Positions 9,101 through 18,158 of a stretch of 64,000 nucleotides of DNA are shown one piece after another. The stretch lies in the sequence record MG655269.1; one strand, written 5' to 3'. The position numbers and the translations under genes were made by a program. Positions within the stretch are counted from its first letter, which is position 1. Every line of letters starts with the position of its first letter. The notes below the pieces were generated by a model. It saw only the letters and a list, made by a program, of their open reading frames with translations. It searched no databases and was not told where the DNA came from.

Positions 9101-9937
9101 ATGCACTTACTTGATAGTCCTGACGTTTGGATGCCCATACCTGGATTCTCACGTTACGAGATCAATGAGGTAGGTGTAGTCAGGAATTGGAATAAACAAA
9201 TCATTAGCCAATCTAAATGGGGTGATTACTTAAAGGTTGTTATTGCGGCCGATGACGGCGAACAGCGGATGATCATGGTCCATGTTGCGCTATGCCTCGC
9301 CTTCCATGGCAAGCGTCCCGATCTAGGTCCTAATGTTCTAGTAGTAACAGTAAACCATAAAGACGGTAATAAAGAAAACAATACCAAATCTAATGTCGAG
9401 TGGGTGTCTAACTCAGACAACGTGTTACATGCCTATAAGACTCGTCTTAACAAGACATCTCAGCATGTGTTGATCGATGATGAGTTAACCGGCGAGCGAT
9501 TCTCGGTACATTCTTACGAAGAGCTTATGCGCTGGGTCGGTAGTCCTCATTTGAAAGGCCGAATCTTTTGTAGCATATACCGAGACAAACTTTATCAAGA
9601 TAGATATCGAATCACCGAATTACCTGGTTATGAACCAGGGTCAGGTGCGGCGGCAGCTATTCAGATTAAAGTGTTCGATATTGCGGCAAAGCATAATTTA
9701 CGGAAGAGCGCATATGACGGCTATGTATTTGGCAGCGTCGATGAAGCTTCCGGAATGTTAAGTTTGAGTGTGTCGCGTATAAAAACGATATTAAGGCTGG
9801 GTAACCTGATTTTATTCAACGGTTACCTTTTCATGAAAGCTAACGATATGCGAACTATACCTGGTTTCACTAAAGAACAAGTGGAAAAGTCACTTCGCAT
9901 ATTTAAAGCAAAACAACGACGTAAGAACATTTACTAA
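9101..9937 (+). mobile_element. free-standing NUMOD4-HNH homing endonuclease
   Basis: W.PIPGFSRYEIN..G.VRN (NUMOD4); VH...AF, VNHKDGNKENN..SNVEWV...N..HA (HNH); directly upstream of nrdB. Confidence 0.88.
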
Positions 9938-9950
9938 AGGTAAACACAGC

Positions 9951-11087
9951 ATGCAGTACAGTACTTTCAACCAGAATAAAGTTGACTATCTCCAAGAACC
10001 AATGTTCTTTGGTGAAGCCGTGTCTGTTTCTCGCTACGACCAACAGCGTTATGAAATCTTTGAAAAATTGATCGAGAAACAACACAGTTTCTTCTGGCGT
10101 GAGATTGAGGTCGATGTGTCTAAGGATCGTATTGATTTCAATACAAAGCTCACCGACAGTGAAAAACACATCTTCATCAGCAATTTGAAATACCAAACCC
10201 TGCTGGACTCGATTCAGGGTCGCAGTCCTAACGTGGCCTTGCTGCCGATCTGTTCTATCCCGGAACTCGAAACCTGGATTGAAACCTGGGCATTCTCTGA
10301 AACGATCCACTCGCGCTCATACACCCACATCATCCGTAATGTGTTCAATGAACCAGGGGTGGTGTTTGATGATATCGTCACTAACGAACACATCAAAGCC
10401 CGCGCAGCATCAGCAACCAAATACTACGATGAGTTGATTGAACTCACGTCTTACTGGAATCTGTTGGGTGAAGGCACTCACGTGGTCAACGGTAAGAAAG
10501 TCGTGGTTAGTCTTCGTGCACTGAAACGCCTGCTATTTCTCTGTATGGTGTCTGTTAACGCATTAGAAGCTGTTCGTTTCTATGTGTCGTTCGCCTGTTC
10601 ATTTGCCTTTGCTGAACGTGAGTTGATGGAAGGCAATGCCAAGATCATTAAACTGATCGCCCGCGATGAAGCCCTGCACCTGACCGGCACTCAGTACATG
10701 ATCAATCTCTTGAAGTCTGGCGAAGATGATGCTGAGATGGCGGAGATCGTTAAAGAGTGCTGGAAGGAAGCCTGGGACATTTTTGTCGAAGTTGCCGAAC
10801 AAGAGAAAGATTGGGCAGCTTACTTGTTCCAGGACGGCGGAATGATTGGTCTGACGGAGAAGGTGATCGTTCAATATATTGAATATATCACTAACGTCCG
10901 CATGCGGGCTATCGGAATGGATATTCCATTCCCTAACACCACCAGTAATCCAATCCCATGGATCAACTCCTGGCTGGTCTCTGACAACGTGCAAGTCGCT
11001 CCACAGGAAACAGAAATTACATCCTATCTGGTCGGTCAGATCGACTCGAAAGTGGACGCCAACGATTTCGACGATTTCCAACTGTAA
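9951..11087 (+). CDS. nrdB: ribonucleotide reductase class Ia beta subunit
   Basis: [40 protein letters not shown] and C-terminal [11 protein letters not shown]; colinear with E. coli NrdB. Confidence 0.97.
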   Translation: MQYSTFNQNKVDYLQEPMFFGEAVSVSRYDQQRYEIFEKLIEKQHSFFWREIEVDVSKDRIDFNTKLTDSEKHIFISNLKYQTLLDSIQGRSPNVALLPICSIPELETWIETWAFSETIHSRSYTHIIRNVFNEPGVVFDDIVTNEHIKARAASATKYYDELIELTSYWNLLGEGTHVVNGKKVVVSLRALKRLLFLCMVSVNALEAVRFYVSFACSFAFAERELMEGNAKIIKLIARDEALHLTGTQYMINLLKSGEDDAEMAEIVKECWKEAWDIFVEVAEQEKDWAAYLFQDGGMIGLTEKVIVQYIEYITNVRMRAIGMDIPFPNTTSNPIPWINSWLVSDNVQVAPQETEITSYLVGQIDSKVDANDFDDFQL

Positions 11088-11135
11088 CTGCTAGGCACCC
11101 ATGCTTCGGTGTGGGTGCTGTATAAAGGAGGATGT

Positions 11136-11732
11136 ATGGATGTAGGGCAACGCAATGTCCAGATCTCAGATCAGTATGAGATTATCGGCATGGCGGGTGT
11201 AAACTACCTGCCTTTAAAGAAGTCTTCCTCCGATACATACCGCGTGGTGTTGTGTCGGTTGGATGGGTTAGGGCGTGACAACACTAACTTGCATTATGAC
11301 ATCGATGATGCCTTCACTGACCACTACCGCTTTATCACCCAGCAACTCCCCTTTGCCGAATTTGATGGTAGGGATCGTGTCACCACACTCATGCAGAACT
11401 GGCAAGGCAAAGCAACCACCGAGATCATTGACAATATCTTTAGTTCAATTGATCCCGATGCAGGTGCCTTTACGCTAGAAAGCATCAGTGTGGAAAACGG
11501 TTACCTTTATGGCGAGGTCAAATTAGCCAATAGCATTGTGGGAACGAATCTCTCCATGATGTTGAACCACCCACGTCCCGATCAGGCGGCCATGATCTTT
11601 GGTGTTCGCTACCTGTCGGTCAATACCCGGCTTGACGGGCTGCAGTATGCTGACGTCAAGAAGATCTGTGCGTATGACGTGAATATCGTCAGCGAAACCG
11701 AATTAACCCAACGTCGTAACGGGGTAAAATAA
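11136..11732 (+). CDS. possible prohead-protease-fold protein lacking catalytic residues
   Basis: LYGEVKL...G..L..ML...FGVRY..KKICAYDV resembles the T4 gp21/phiKZ gp175 strand pattern; RBS GGAGG. Confidence 0.4.
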   Translation: MDVGQRNVQISDQYEIIGMAGVNYLPLKKSSSDTYRVVLCRLDGLGRDNTNLHYDIDDAFTDHYRFITQQLPFAEFDGRDRVTTLMQNWQGKATTEIIDNIFSSIDPDAGAFTLESISVENGYLYGEVKLANSIVGTNLSMMLNHPRPDQAAMIFGVRYLSVNTRLDGLQYADVKKICAYDVNIVSETELTQRRNGVK

Positions 11733-11766
11733 TGAACCGTTTAAAAGGTGCTGTGAGAGCCTATAA

Positions 11767-12384
11767 ATGAAAAGAACAAAAAATATAAAGCTTGATCGTT
11801 TTCGTAAGGCATGGAAATTTAAGAAGGTTACGCTGGCATTGATGGTGGTAACCGGATCGTTTTACCTGGTGGCGTGCGATGAGCCGCGTGATCAGCAAGT
11901 GCAGATGTATCAGAATGCGGATGACTGTAGTCGAGCTCGCCCGCAAGACAAGCAGCGCTGTTCTGATGCGTACAATAACGCTCTGCGTGAATCTGAACGT
12001 ACCGCCCCGCGTTACGGATCGAAAGGAGATTGTGATGCCGAGTTTGGCTCTGACAATTGCTACCAATCCACGGCTCATAGCCCGACCTGGATGCCGTATA
12101 TGGGCGGATACATGTACGGGCGCAACGGGAGTTACGCACAGCCGTTGTATTCCTCACGGGTAACGTCAAGTCCTGCCTATCACCGCTACGTCGATGCTGG
12201 CGGACGTAACTACGGCAGTGCTATCTCTGGACGCTCGATTAATACCACACGCAGCGCGTTAGCGCCCAAGCCTGTAGTCACTTCAACCATTACCCGTGGC
12301 GGGTTCGGTGCAAGCGTGGCACACATGAGTAGTTCTCATTCTTCGTCCAGTCACAGCAGTGGCGGACATTCATCTGGCGGTTAA
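11767..12384 (+). CDS. ygiB: YgiB/DUF1190 (UPF0441) lipoprotein
   Basis: MKRTKNI, lipobox LVAC, YQNADDC, AYNNAL.E.ERTAP.Y, WMP.MGGY, SPAY, TRGGFG match enterobacterial YgiB. Confidence 0.9.
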   Translation: MKRTKNIKLDRFRKAWKFKKVTLALMVVTGSFYLVACDEPRDQQVQMYQNADDCSRARPQDKQRCSDAYNNALRESERTAPRYGSKGDCDAEFGSDNCYQSTAHSPTWMPYMGGYMYGRNGSYAQPLYSSRVTSSPAYHRYVDAGGRNYGSAISGRSINTTRSALAPKPVVTSTITRGGFGASVAHMSSSHSSSSHSSGGHSSGG

Positions 12385-12393
12385 GGAACAGTA

Positions 12394-12915
12394 ATGCAAA
12401 TCCCCGGTATGCCAACTTCATTTGAAGAGCTGTGCAGTATCATTGTTAAACTCGGGTTAGTTGATGCCTCGGTTGAAAAGACCACTGAGCTTTTGTGGCA
12501 GTCTGTCGAAGACCACGGCTACACCCATCGGTGGGACGACCCAGATCAAGAGATGACGTCAACAGAACGTTGGTTCAACCGCGCAGAAGAGTTGAAAATG
12601 ACGTTCCATGGTGATGTTGTCGCCATGCTGGTTGATTGGTCTATTATGACGGGTCGTATGGCTCAGTACCATAATGACATTGATTATCAGCAATATTATC
12701 GCAACTGGTTGGCTTCGCAGATCAGTGTTAAGCTACAACTCGATGAGGAAGGCGTCACCGAAACGACCTTACATCCACCAACCTATCGCTATCTTCAAGG
12801 TGGCAAGATCTTTGTCATCAATGCAGCCACTTCTGGTAACGGTGGTGGCATCAACTATTACACCATGTCATTAGAGGAGTATGTGAAGTACATTAAAACG
12901 CAACCGGCTATTTAA
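12394..12915 (+). CDS. hypothetical protein
   Basis: 173-aa ORF, RBS AAGGA. Confidence 0.7.
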   Translation: MQIPGMPTSFEELCSIIVKLGLVDASVEKTTELLWQSVEDHGYTHRWDDPDQEMTSTERWFNRAEELKMTFHGDVVAMLVDWSIMTGRMAQYHNDIDYQQYYRNWLASQISVKLQLDEEGVTETTLHPPTYRYLQGGKIFVINAATSGNGGGINYYTMSLEEYVKYIKTQPAI

Positions 12916-12948
12916 TGTAAGAGCCCGCTATCAGTAGGAGAGTTACGT

Positions 12949-13251
12949 ATGGCGAACAAAAGTGTTATCGGCGTGATCAAATACAGTCGGGTGGACAACA
13001 AAGACACCTGGACAGTCTACCAGCACGGTAAACACGTTGAGCTTTTCCAGAAAGCTTTCCAGCATCCCATCGAGGCGTTTAAGCTTCGGGATATTTCCAA
13101 AGTAGGTCGGCCTGAAGTCAGTCATGCCTCGGGCCATTATCCGATCGTTGATAACCCCAGTATCCGCGTCTTCTACGAAGATGGCAGTATCGGTGTGGGT
13201 GCGGGTGCGTTAATCAACATCATGTTGCAACAGTATCAATTAACGGAGTGA
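12949..13251 (+). CDS. hypothetical protein, possibly degenerate HigB/RelE-fold toxin homolog
   Basis: GHYPIVDNPSIRVFYEDG loosely matches the HigB G.YSIRVN..WRI.F..EDG motif; sits in the toxin position 4 nt before higA. Confidence 0.4.
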   Translation: MANKSVIGVIKYSRVDNKDTWTVYQHGKHVELFQKAFQHPIEAFKLRDISKVGRPEVSHASGHYPIVDNPSIRVFYEDGSIGVGAGALINIMLQQYQLTE

Positions 13252-13255
13252 CATC

Positions 13256-13546
13256 ATGGGTAAAGTCAAAGAGATTTTGTATGGTCGCCGCGGTAGCACG
13301 GCCGGTGAGATTCTTAAGTTAGAATACATGGAGCCGTTAAACCTCACCGTCGATGAAACAGCAAAGAAACTGAAAGTTGCAAAGTCTACCATCAGCCGGA
13401 TTATTAATGGCCGTTGCCGCTTGAGCAAGCCCCTTGCCACCAAACTTGCCAAAGCGTTCGCCACTACTCCGGAATACTGGATGAACTTTGCTGACAACTG
13501 CACCAACCCCTATCCAAACTTGCGGGCCAAGGGCTGGTACAGATGA
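13256..13546 (+). CDS. higA: HigA-family antitoxin (XRE HTH)
   Basis: GEILK.EYMEPLNLT...AKKLKV..STISRIING...LS..LA.KLAKAF.TTPEYWMN. Confidence 0.85.
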   Translation: MGKVKEILYGRRGSTAGEILKLEYMEPLNLTVDETAKKLKVAKSTISRIINGRCRLSKPLATKLAKAFATTPEYWMNFADNCTNPYPNLRAKGWYR

Positions 13547-13764
13547 ACATCGCCGAACCCATCTATGAGGTGGAAGTCGGCAAAACGTATCTGTCACCTT
13601 CGGGTTTGCCGTTCGAAGTGTTGTTCTTAGCCGCCCATGGTCAGGACTGCACGGTACCGATGGTGGTATACCGCAACCTCACCCCGACGTACGACAAACC
13701 TGCAGGGCAGATCTGGACCACATCGGAGTCACTCTTTCTAACGCAATTCCGCGTGCCTGCGTGA
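13543..13764 (+). CDS. DUF1653-like protein
   Basis: GKTY....G..FEVL.LA.H.......VVYRNL...W pattern. Confidence 0.65.
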   Translation: MNIAEPIYEVEVGKTYLSPSGLPFEVLFLAAHGQDCTVPMVVYRNLTPTYDKPAGQIWTTSESLFLTQFRVPA

Positions 13765-13808
13765 TGCTATGGCGGTAACTGACCGTCCATCACTACAGAG
13801 GCAAGCGC

Positions 13809-14114
13809 ATGTCTACGAACGAGAACTTTCATGTATCCGATCAGGCGATTATCGATGCCATCCTGGAATACACCCGTAACGGGAAAGAACCAGCTGTAGT
13901 CAAGTACGACCCCGATGGCCCTGAAGCAGAACGCATGAGTCAGGAACATCGGATTGTCACCTGGTTTCAAGACATCCGTACCATTGTTGACGCGGTATGT
14001 CAACGTCCAGGTTTCTCCGGGCTTAACGTGCTGAAGATCGCAACCCGTGCTATGGAACAGGATATCATAGCACAGTCAGCGGGACCGGCATCGCCTATTA
14101 ACCCTGAACTGTAG
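13809..14114 (+). CDS. hypothetical protein
   Basis: 101-aa ORF in operon, RBS GAGG. Confidence 0.65.
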   Translation: MSTNENFHVSDQAIIDAILEYTRNGKEPAVVKYDPDGPEAERMSQEHRIVTWFQDIRTIVDAVCQRPGFSGLNVLKIATRAMEQDIIAQSAGPASPINPEL

Positions 14115-14135
14115 AAAATAAGAAGACTTTCACAC

Positions 14136-14393
14136 ATGCAATTAAAAGACCTGCTTACCTGCATTCGCCCGGGTGATGTTATCACCAATACCGCCTGGCC
14201 ACAGGGACGGACCTTTACCGTCTCAACGGAGTTCATGAAGTTTCATACCGGTCGTGGTACGGATGTTCATGAACGCAATTCATGCCCAGATGGTGCGTGG
14301 CACGGTTGGTCGGTAGCAAACAAATATGCCACCGTACTTAACCGTCGTGCAGTAGCGCAATCCCACAACCCGATTAAAGAGGACGTTTCATGA
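14136..14393 (+). CDS. hypothetical protein
   Basis: 85-aa ORF overlapping the next gene (ATGA). Confidence 0.6.
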   Translation: MQLKDLLTCIRPGDVITNTAWPQGRTFTVSTEFMKFHTGRGTDVHERNSCPDGAWHGWSVANKYATVLNRRAVAQSHNPIKEDVS

Positions 14394-14791
14394 TTACCAT
14401 TACGGACATGCACGATGAAGAAGGGTTCACTGACGAAAAGAAAGATGCGTTAGTGAAACTTCTGCCAGAAGACAACAACGGTCTTGCACACACCTATCGT
14501 TTTACTGATGGTGCTGAAGAGAACCCGTTTGAAGGCTTCCTGATCATCGGCGCCCCAACGCTGGTTTATCACTTTATCCGCACCGGTAAGAATGACGCGG
14601 GTGAAGAAGAAGAGACCTATCTGGGCCAATACGTCCCAACGGTCGATGGCGGTGTAATGCCAGAGAACGGCCTGGGTCAGAACCTGAGCGACAACGTGGG
14701 TACTCGCGTGGCAGAGTTTGAATCTGTTATCCGTAGCTTCCACCGTAAAGTGCTCGAGCGTCTGGGTCAGCCAGTCCCTGGCGCACGGTAA
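14390..14791 (+). CDS. hypothetical protein, paralog of 15808..16206
   Basis: Shared Y.F.DG, F.GFL.I..P.L.Y...R, MPEN/IPEN, RV.EF/RV.QF motifs. Confidence 0.75.
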   Translation: MITITDMHDEEGFTDEKKDALVKLLPEDNNGLAHTYRFTDGAEENPFEGFLIIGAPTLVYHFIRTGKNDAGEEEETYLGQYVPTVDGGVMPENGLGQNLSDNVGTRVAEFESVIRSFHRKVLERLGQPVPGAR

Positions 14792-14797
14792 GATGAC

Positions 14798-14827
14798 ACC
14801 CGGGGGTTCTCCCCGGGTTTTATGCCG
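14798..14827 (+). terminator. hairpin + TTATGCCG terminator
   Basis: ACCCGGGG-GTTCT-CCCCGGGT stem then TTTATGCCG. Confidence 0.8.
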
Positions 14828-14897
14828 TCTTTTTATTTTTTGTTACAGATTACATAGATGGTACTTATTATACACCACTACTGAAAAGGAATACATC

Positions 14898-15803
14898 ATG
14901 TCTGAGCAAGCCGCTGTAAAACCGAAGAATTATACCAACCTGACTGTCACCATCGCCGGCAATGATCCGGTTGCTGCCACTGCTGTTGCCAGTGTGTTAT
15001 CCACGTACCTGAACGAAAAGGGTCTGGCCGGTCGCCGTCTGGGTGAGAATGCTATCGCTCCTGACTTCGCCGTGCAATCTGTTGAAGGCCTGGCTGCTGA
15101 CCAGAACAACAGTGTAAACGTTTCTGTTGACACCCTGACCATGGAATCCCTGCAGGGCAAAACCCAAGTCTGGGATTGGCCAACCTGGGGTGACAGCGAA
15201 CAACCCTGGACCGCGCTGGTCGGTGACGAACTGCGTAACCTCTGGTCAACGTTCTCCGGTGTGCAGAAGCGCGCTATCTATAAAAGCCTGGCGGCACTGA
15301 ACATCGTGGTGGAAGACGATGAGATGACTGAAGAGAAAGCACAGGAGATCATCAACAACTCTGAAGTTTATGTTGATCTGCGTGATGTGCGTAACGACGG
15401 CAGTTATAGACGCGTGCTGATTGACGGCACAGCAACCATTGAAGAACTCGACGCCATCAAGTTCATCTTCCAGACCGCACGTGAAGGCAACCCGGTCACC
15501 CACGAAGACATCACACTGCAACAGCAGCAGGATGTCAGCAACGGCGCGCATGCAGCGCCTGAACTGCCGGATGGTCGTGAGACACCAGAGCTGCCGGACA
15601 CTCTCGAACCGCTGGCCAGTCCGGAATACAACCCGGAAGATTTAGAGCCGGGTACAGGTATCCCCGCGGTAAACCCAACTGACCCTTCGCTGGCGCCACA
15701 AACCAAACAGCAGGCTGTGTCGTTTGACAACAGCGACAAAGCTACCCTGGCTGCTGCACCTACTTCAGGAACCGTCCGTCCATCCGACGACATGGGAGAC
15801 TAA
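14898..15803 (+). CDS. hypothetical multi-domain protein with Pro/acidic C-terminal tail
   Basis: RBS AAGGA; start re-chosen at MSEQAAV; PELPD repeated in the tail. Confidence 0.8.
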   Translation: MSEQAAVKPKNYTNLTVTIAGNDPVAATAVASVLSTYLNEKGLAGRRLGENAIAPDFAVQSVEGLAADQNNSVNVSVDTLTMESLQGKTQVWDWPTWGDSEQPWTALVGDELRNLWSTFSGVQKRAIYKSLAALNIVVEDDEMTEEKAQEIINNSEVYVDLRDVRNDGSYRRVLIDGTATIEELDAIKFIFQTAREGNPVTHEDITLQQQQDVSNGAHAAPELPDGRETPELPDTLEPLASPEYNPEDLEPGTGIPAVNPTDPSLAPQTKQQAVSFDNSDKATLAAAPTSGTVRPSDDMGD

Positions 15804-15807
15804 GTCA

Positions 15808-16206
15808 ATGCTACCGAAGTCTGAACCAATCTCCATATTCAGCGTCTCGAGTGTTCAACTGACCGAAGCGTCAGAAGCGCACTTTCGTAAAGAGCTGAAC
15901 GAGGCAGATGCCATTCACTCTGTCTACGCCTTTAAAGATGGCTCGCAATTCGGTGCCCGCTTTAATGGCTTTCTGGTGATCACCGGTCCTATCCTGGCGT
16001 ACCAGTTATTCCGGGGTAGTGAACTGGAGTCGTCTGAGTTCGTCGGCACCTTTATGTACGGTGAAGGCGGGGAAGCGATTATCCCAGAGAACGTTAAAAC
16101 GGTGTTCAGTCAATATGACCGTAACCGAGTGACCCAGTTTAAGGCATTAGCCCAAGCACTGCACTCAGCGGTCACTGACCACATCAAAGGGGTACGGCGT
16201 GACTGA
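15808..16206 (+). CDS. hypothetical protein, paralog of 14390..14791
   Basis: RBS GGAG; motifs shared with 14390..14791. Confidence 0.75.
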   Translation: MLPKSEPISIFSVSSVQLTEASEAHFRKELNEADAIHSVYAFKDGSQFGARFNGFLVITGPILAYQLFRGSELESSEFVGTFMYGEGGEAIIPENVKTVFSQYDRNRVTQFKALAQALHSAVTDHIKGVRRD

Positions 16207-16903
16207 CATCACTTCAACACCAGAAGCAGCGGCGGCCCTGCCGGCGTTTAAAGGGATGTTGGGTGAACAGGTAAAAGGCTTCGGAGCAAGCCAGCTTACC
16301 GGCTGGCACATTGTGGTCGCTGATCCGACTGACCTGCCAAAGGGGGTGCAAGAAGGCCTCAGTGCTTTGGTGGGTCGCTCCAGCATCTTTACCTATCTCG
16401 GTGCCCGCTGGGTATTTGACAGTATCGGCACCGGTTACCTGCAACGCACCCGTATGGTCATTGACCCTGACACGGTTAACATCGAACAAATTGAAGACCG
16501 GTCTGCTCAACACGGTATCGTCCGGGGGAGTGAAGATCGTCGAGAGTGGAACCTGGGTAACTGGGTCGCACACCTCGGGGGTCGTATCAACCGTGACAGC
16601 TACCTCGAGTTCGGCAGTCTGTATGCGTTAGATCAAATGATCAATCAGATGCATAAATTGATGTTTCGCACCAAAGATGATGAGCTGAAGATTCACATCG
16701 TGGGCGGGTCACCTGATGATCAAAAAGTTATTGCCCTGCTGATTGGCGGTGTCTTGGACGACTACGATGTCACCCCGAGCACCAGTCTTGGTAAACTCAT
16801 TGAAGAGGCATCAGTTAATCCCCCTTCAATGGATAGCCTGAATGACACAGCGGATCATTCGTTGCGTCTTAAAATTGAAATTAATATCGTGCCTCGTAAC
16901 TGA
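16199..16903 (+). CDS. hypothetical protein
   Basis: GTG start; C-terminal domain resembles the N-terminus of 14898..15803. Confidence 0.75.
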   Translation: MTDITSTPEAAAALPAFKGMLGEQVKGFGASQLTGWHIVVADPTDLPKGVQEGLSALVGRSSIFTYLGARWVFDSIGTGYLQRTRMVIDPDTVNIEQIEDRSAQHGIVRGSEDRREWNLGNWVAHLGGRINRDSYLEFGSLYALDQMINQMHKLMFRTKDDELKIHIVGGSPDDQKVIALLIGGVLDDYDVTPSTSLGKLIEEASVNPPSMDSLNDTADHSLRLKIEINIVPRN

Positions 16904-16932
16904 GGCCTTATTTCTCGTCGAAGGAAAAAGAG

Positions 16933-17580
16933 ATGGCTGACATTAACTATTACGAACTGATTCGCAACTGGGGTAAAGCCCGTAACATCATCGGTGGTGG
17001 CTCTACCCCGATCGATCAGTTTATCAAAGGCACCACGGAAGCGGCAGAGCTCTGGGCCAATGTGTTGGGTAAAGAACCCGCTAAGCTGAAAGATGACATC
17101 GGCGATACGCTGGTCTGTCTGACACAGTCTTACGGTATTGCTGGCAGTGTGGTGATTGAAGACGCGGCATCTCATGCTGACCAGTACCTGGCATCACTGC
17201 GTAAAGATTACGAAGCCTACGGCGAATGGGCGCTGAAACGCTTTGCCCTGAAAGTGCTGCGCAGCATGTCTGACATCTCGACGCAGATTGAACACGCCCA
17301 GTTCGACCCTGACCGCCATTGTCCGGACCGTCTGTCTGATGAAACTGCAGAGCTGGTAGCCGTCCTGACGGTGATTGCAGAGAACCAGGGCTGGACGCTG
17401 GAAGAGTGTCTGGAAGAAGCGTACAACGATATCCGTGACAGAAAAGGCGTGATGTTCAACGGTGGCTTCGTAAAAGAAGCGAGCCTATCAGTTGAGCGCG
17501 CACAAGAGATGCTGGCTTCTGGTACCGTCGGTGGTGTGGGTGCTGAATACCTGAATGACTACATCAGCGCAAACAGCTAA
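16933..17580 (+). CDS. MazG-like nucleotide pyrophosphohydrolase
   Basis: IRNWG..RNI, QF.K..EAAEL, DDIGDTLVCL, LEECLEEAYNDI.DRKG.M.NG.FVKE. Confidence 0.85.
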   Translation: MADINYYELIRNWGKARNIIGGGSTPIDQFIKGTTEAAELWANVLGKEPAKLKDDIGDTLVCLTQSYGIAGSVVIEDAASHADQYLASLRKDYEAYGEWALKRFALKVLRSMSDISTQIEHAQFDPDRHCPDRLSDETAELVAVLTVIAENQGWTLEECLEEAYNDIRDRKGVMFNGGFVKEASLSVERAQEMLASGTVGGVGAEYLNDYISANS

Positions 17581-17596
17581 CTGTAAATAAAGCTAA

Positions 17597-17616
17597 ACCT
17601 ACATTACCTAAGGGAT
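17597..17616 (+). promoter_or_regulatory. putative phage early promoter overlapping a terminator hairpin
   Basis: ACCTACATTAC-CTAA-GGGAT. Confidence 0.65.
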
Positions 17617-17640
17617 AGTGAAAGCTATCCCTTTTATGCC
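17611..17640 (+). terminator. hairpin + TTATGCC terminator
   Basis: AGGGATAG-TGAAAG-CTATCCCT stem then TTTATGCC. Confidence 0.75.
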
Positions 17641-17661
17641 AATTATAATTGAGGAGTAAAA

Positions 17662-17751
17662 ATGAAACAGATTGCTGCTAACGTAAATGTTCTTTCTGCC
17701 GTCAAAGGTCATGATGCGCTGATTGTTGAATGCAACGAAGTGGTGGCGTGA
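17662..17751 (+). CDS. 29-aa peptide (not in ORF track)
   Basis: Strong RBS GAGGAG; TGATG coupling to the next gene; MKQIAANVNVLSAVKGHDALIVECNEVVA. Confidence 0.55.
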   Translation: MKQIAANVNVLSAVKGHDALIVECNEVVA

Positions 17752-18101
17752 TGTCAAAGGCTAAAGCAGTCTGGGATGACCTCTCATACACCCTGCTCAT
17801 TCTGGGCGCATGGCTTCTGTATATTGTCTTTGTTGGCTGGTGTGCCTATTTCTTCCCAGAGAAAACTATCATCAAGAACGACGAGGATTTGCTGGCGTAC
17901 CAGGAAGGCGATGGGCGTTTCAATCGGTTTGTTAACGAAGCATTAGAAACGGTGATTGCTGACACGGAATGTTTATACCCCATCACAATCACTAAACGCG
18001 GGCATTGGTTCTTTGCCGCAGATATGTTTACTGTTCAGAATGCCAAGTGCATAAGTCAGGTTGGTCTCAATAATAACGTGACGACCACCCCGATCAGTTA
18101 A
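17751..18101 (+). CDS. membrane-anchored hypothetical protein
   Basis: TM segment YTLLILGAWLLYIVFVGWCAYFF. Confidence 0.7.
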   Translation: MSKAKAVWDDLSYTLLILGAWLLYIVFVGWCAYFFPEKTIIKNDEDLLAYQEGDGRFNRFVNEALETVIADTECLYPITITKRGHWFFAADMFTVQNAKCISQVGLNNNVTTTPIS

Positions 18102-18158
18102 GCCTCAAGGGAGGTAATCCCTCCCTATCACTCATTAACCTACTTGTGGAGATTTGCC

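Noticed and set aside
9101-11087. Group I intron in nrdB
   Set aside because: nrdB is continuous and colinear with E. coli NrdB; the HNH gene is free-standing upstream.
12394-12915. Possible ygiC next to ygiB
   Set aside because: Too short and lacks ATP-grasp/glutathionylspermidine synthase motifs.
14718-14897. N-terminal extension of the 14718 ORF (and similar extensions at 7323, 7965, 15724, 27212, 27860, 41373, 51744)
   Set aside because: The extensions run across terminators or upstream genes and lack an RBS; downstream starts were chosen.
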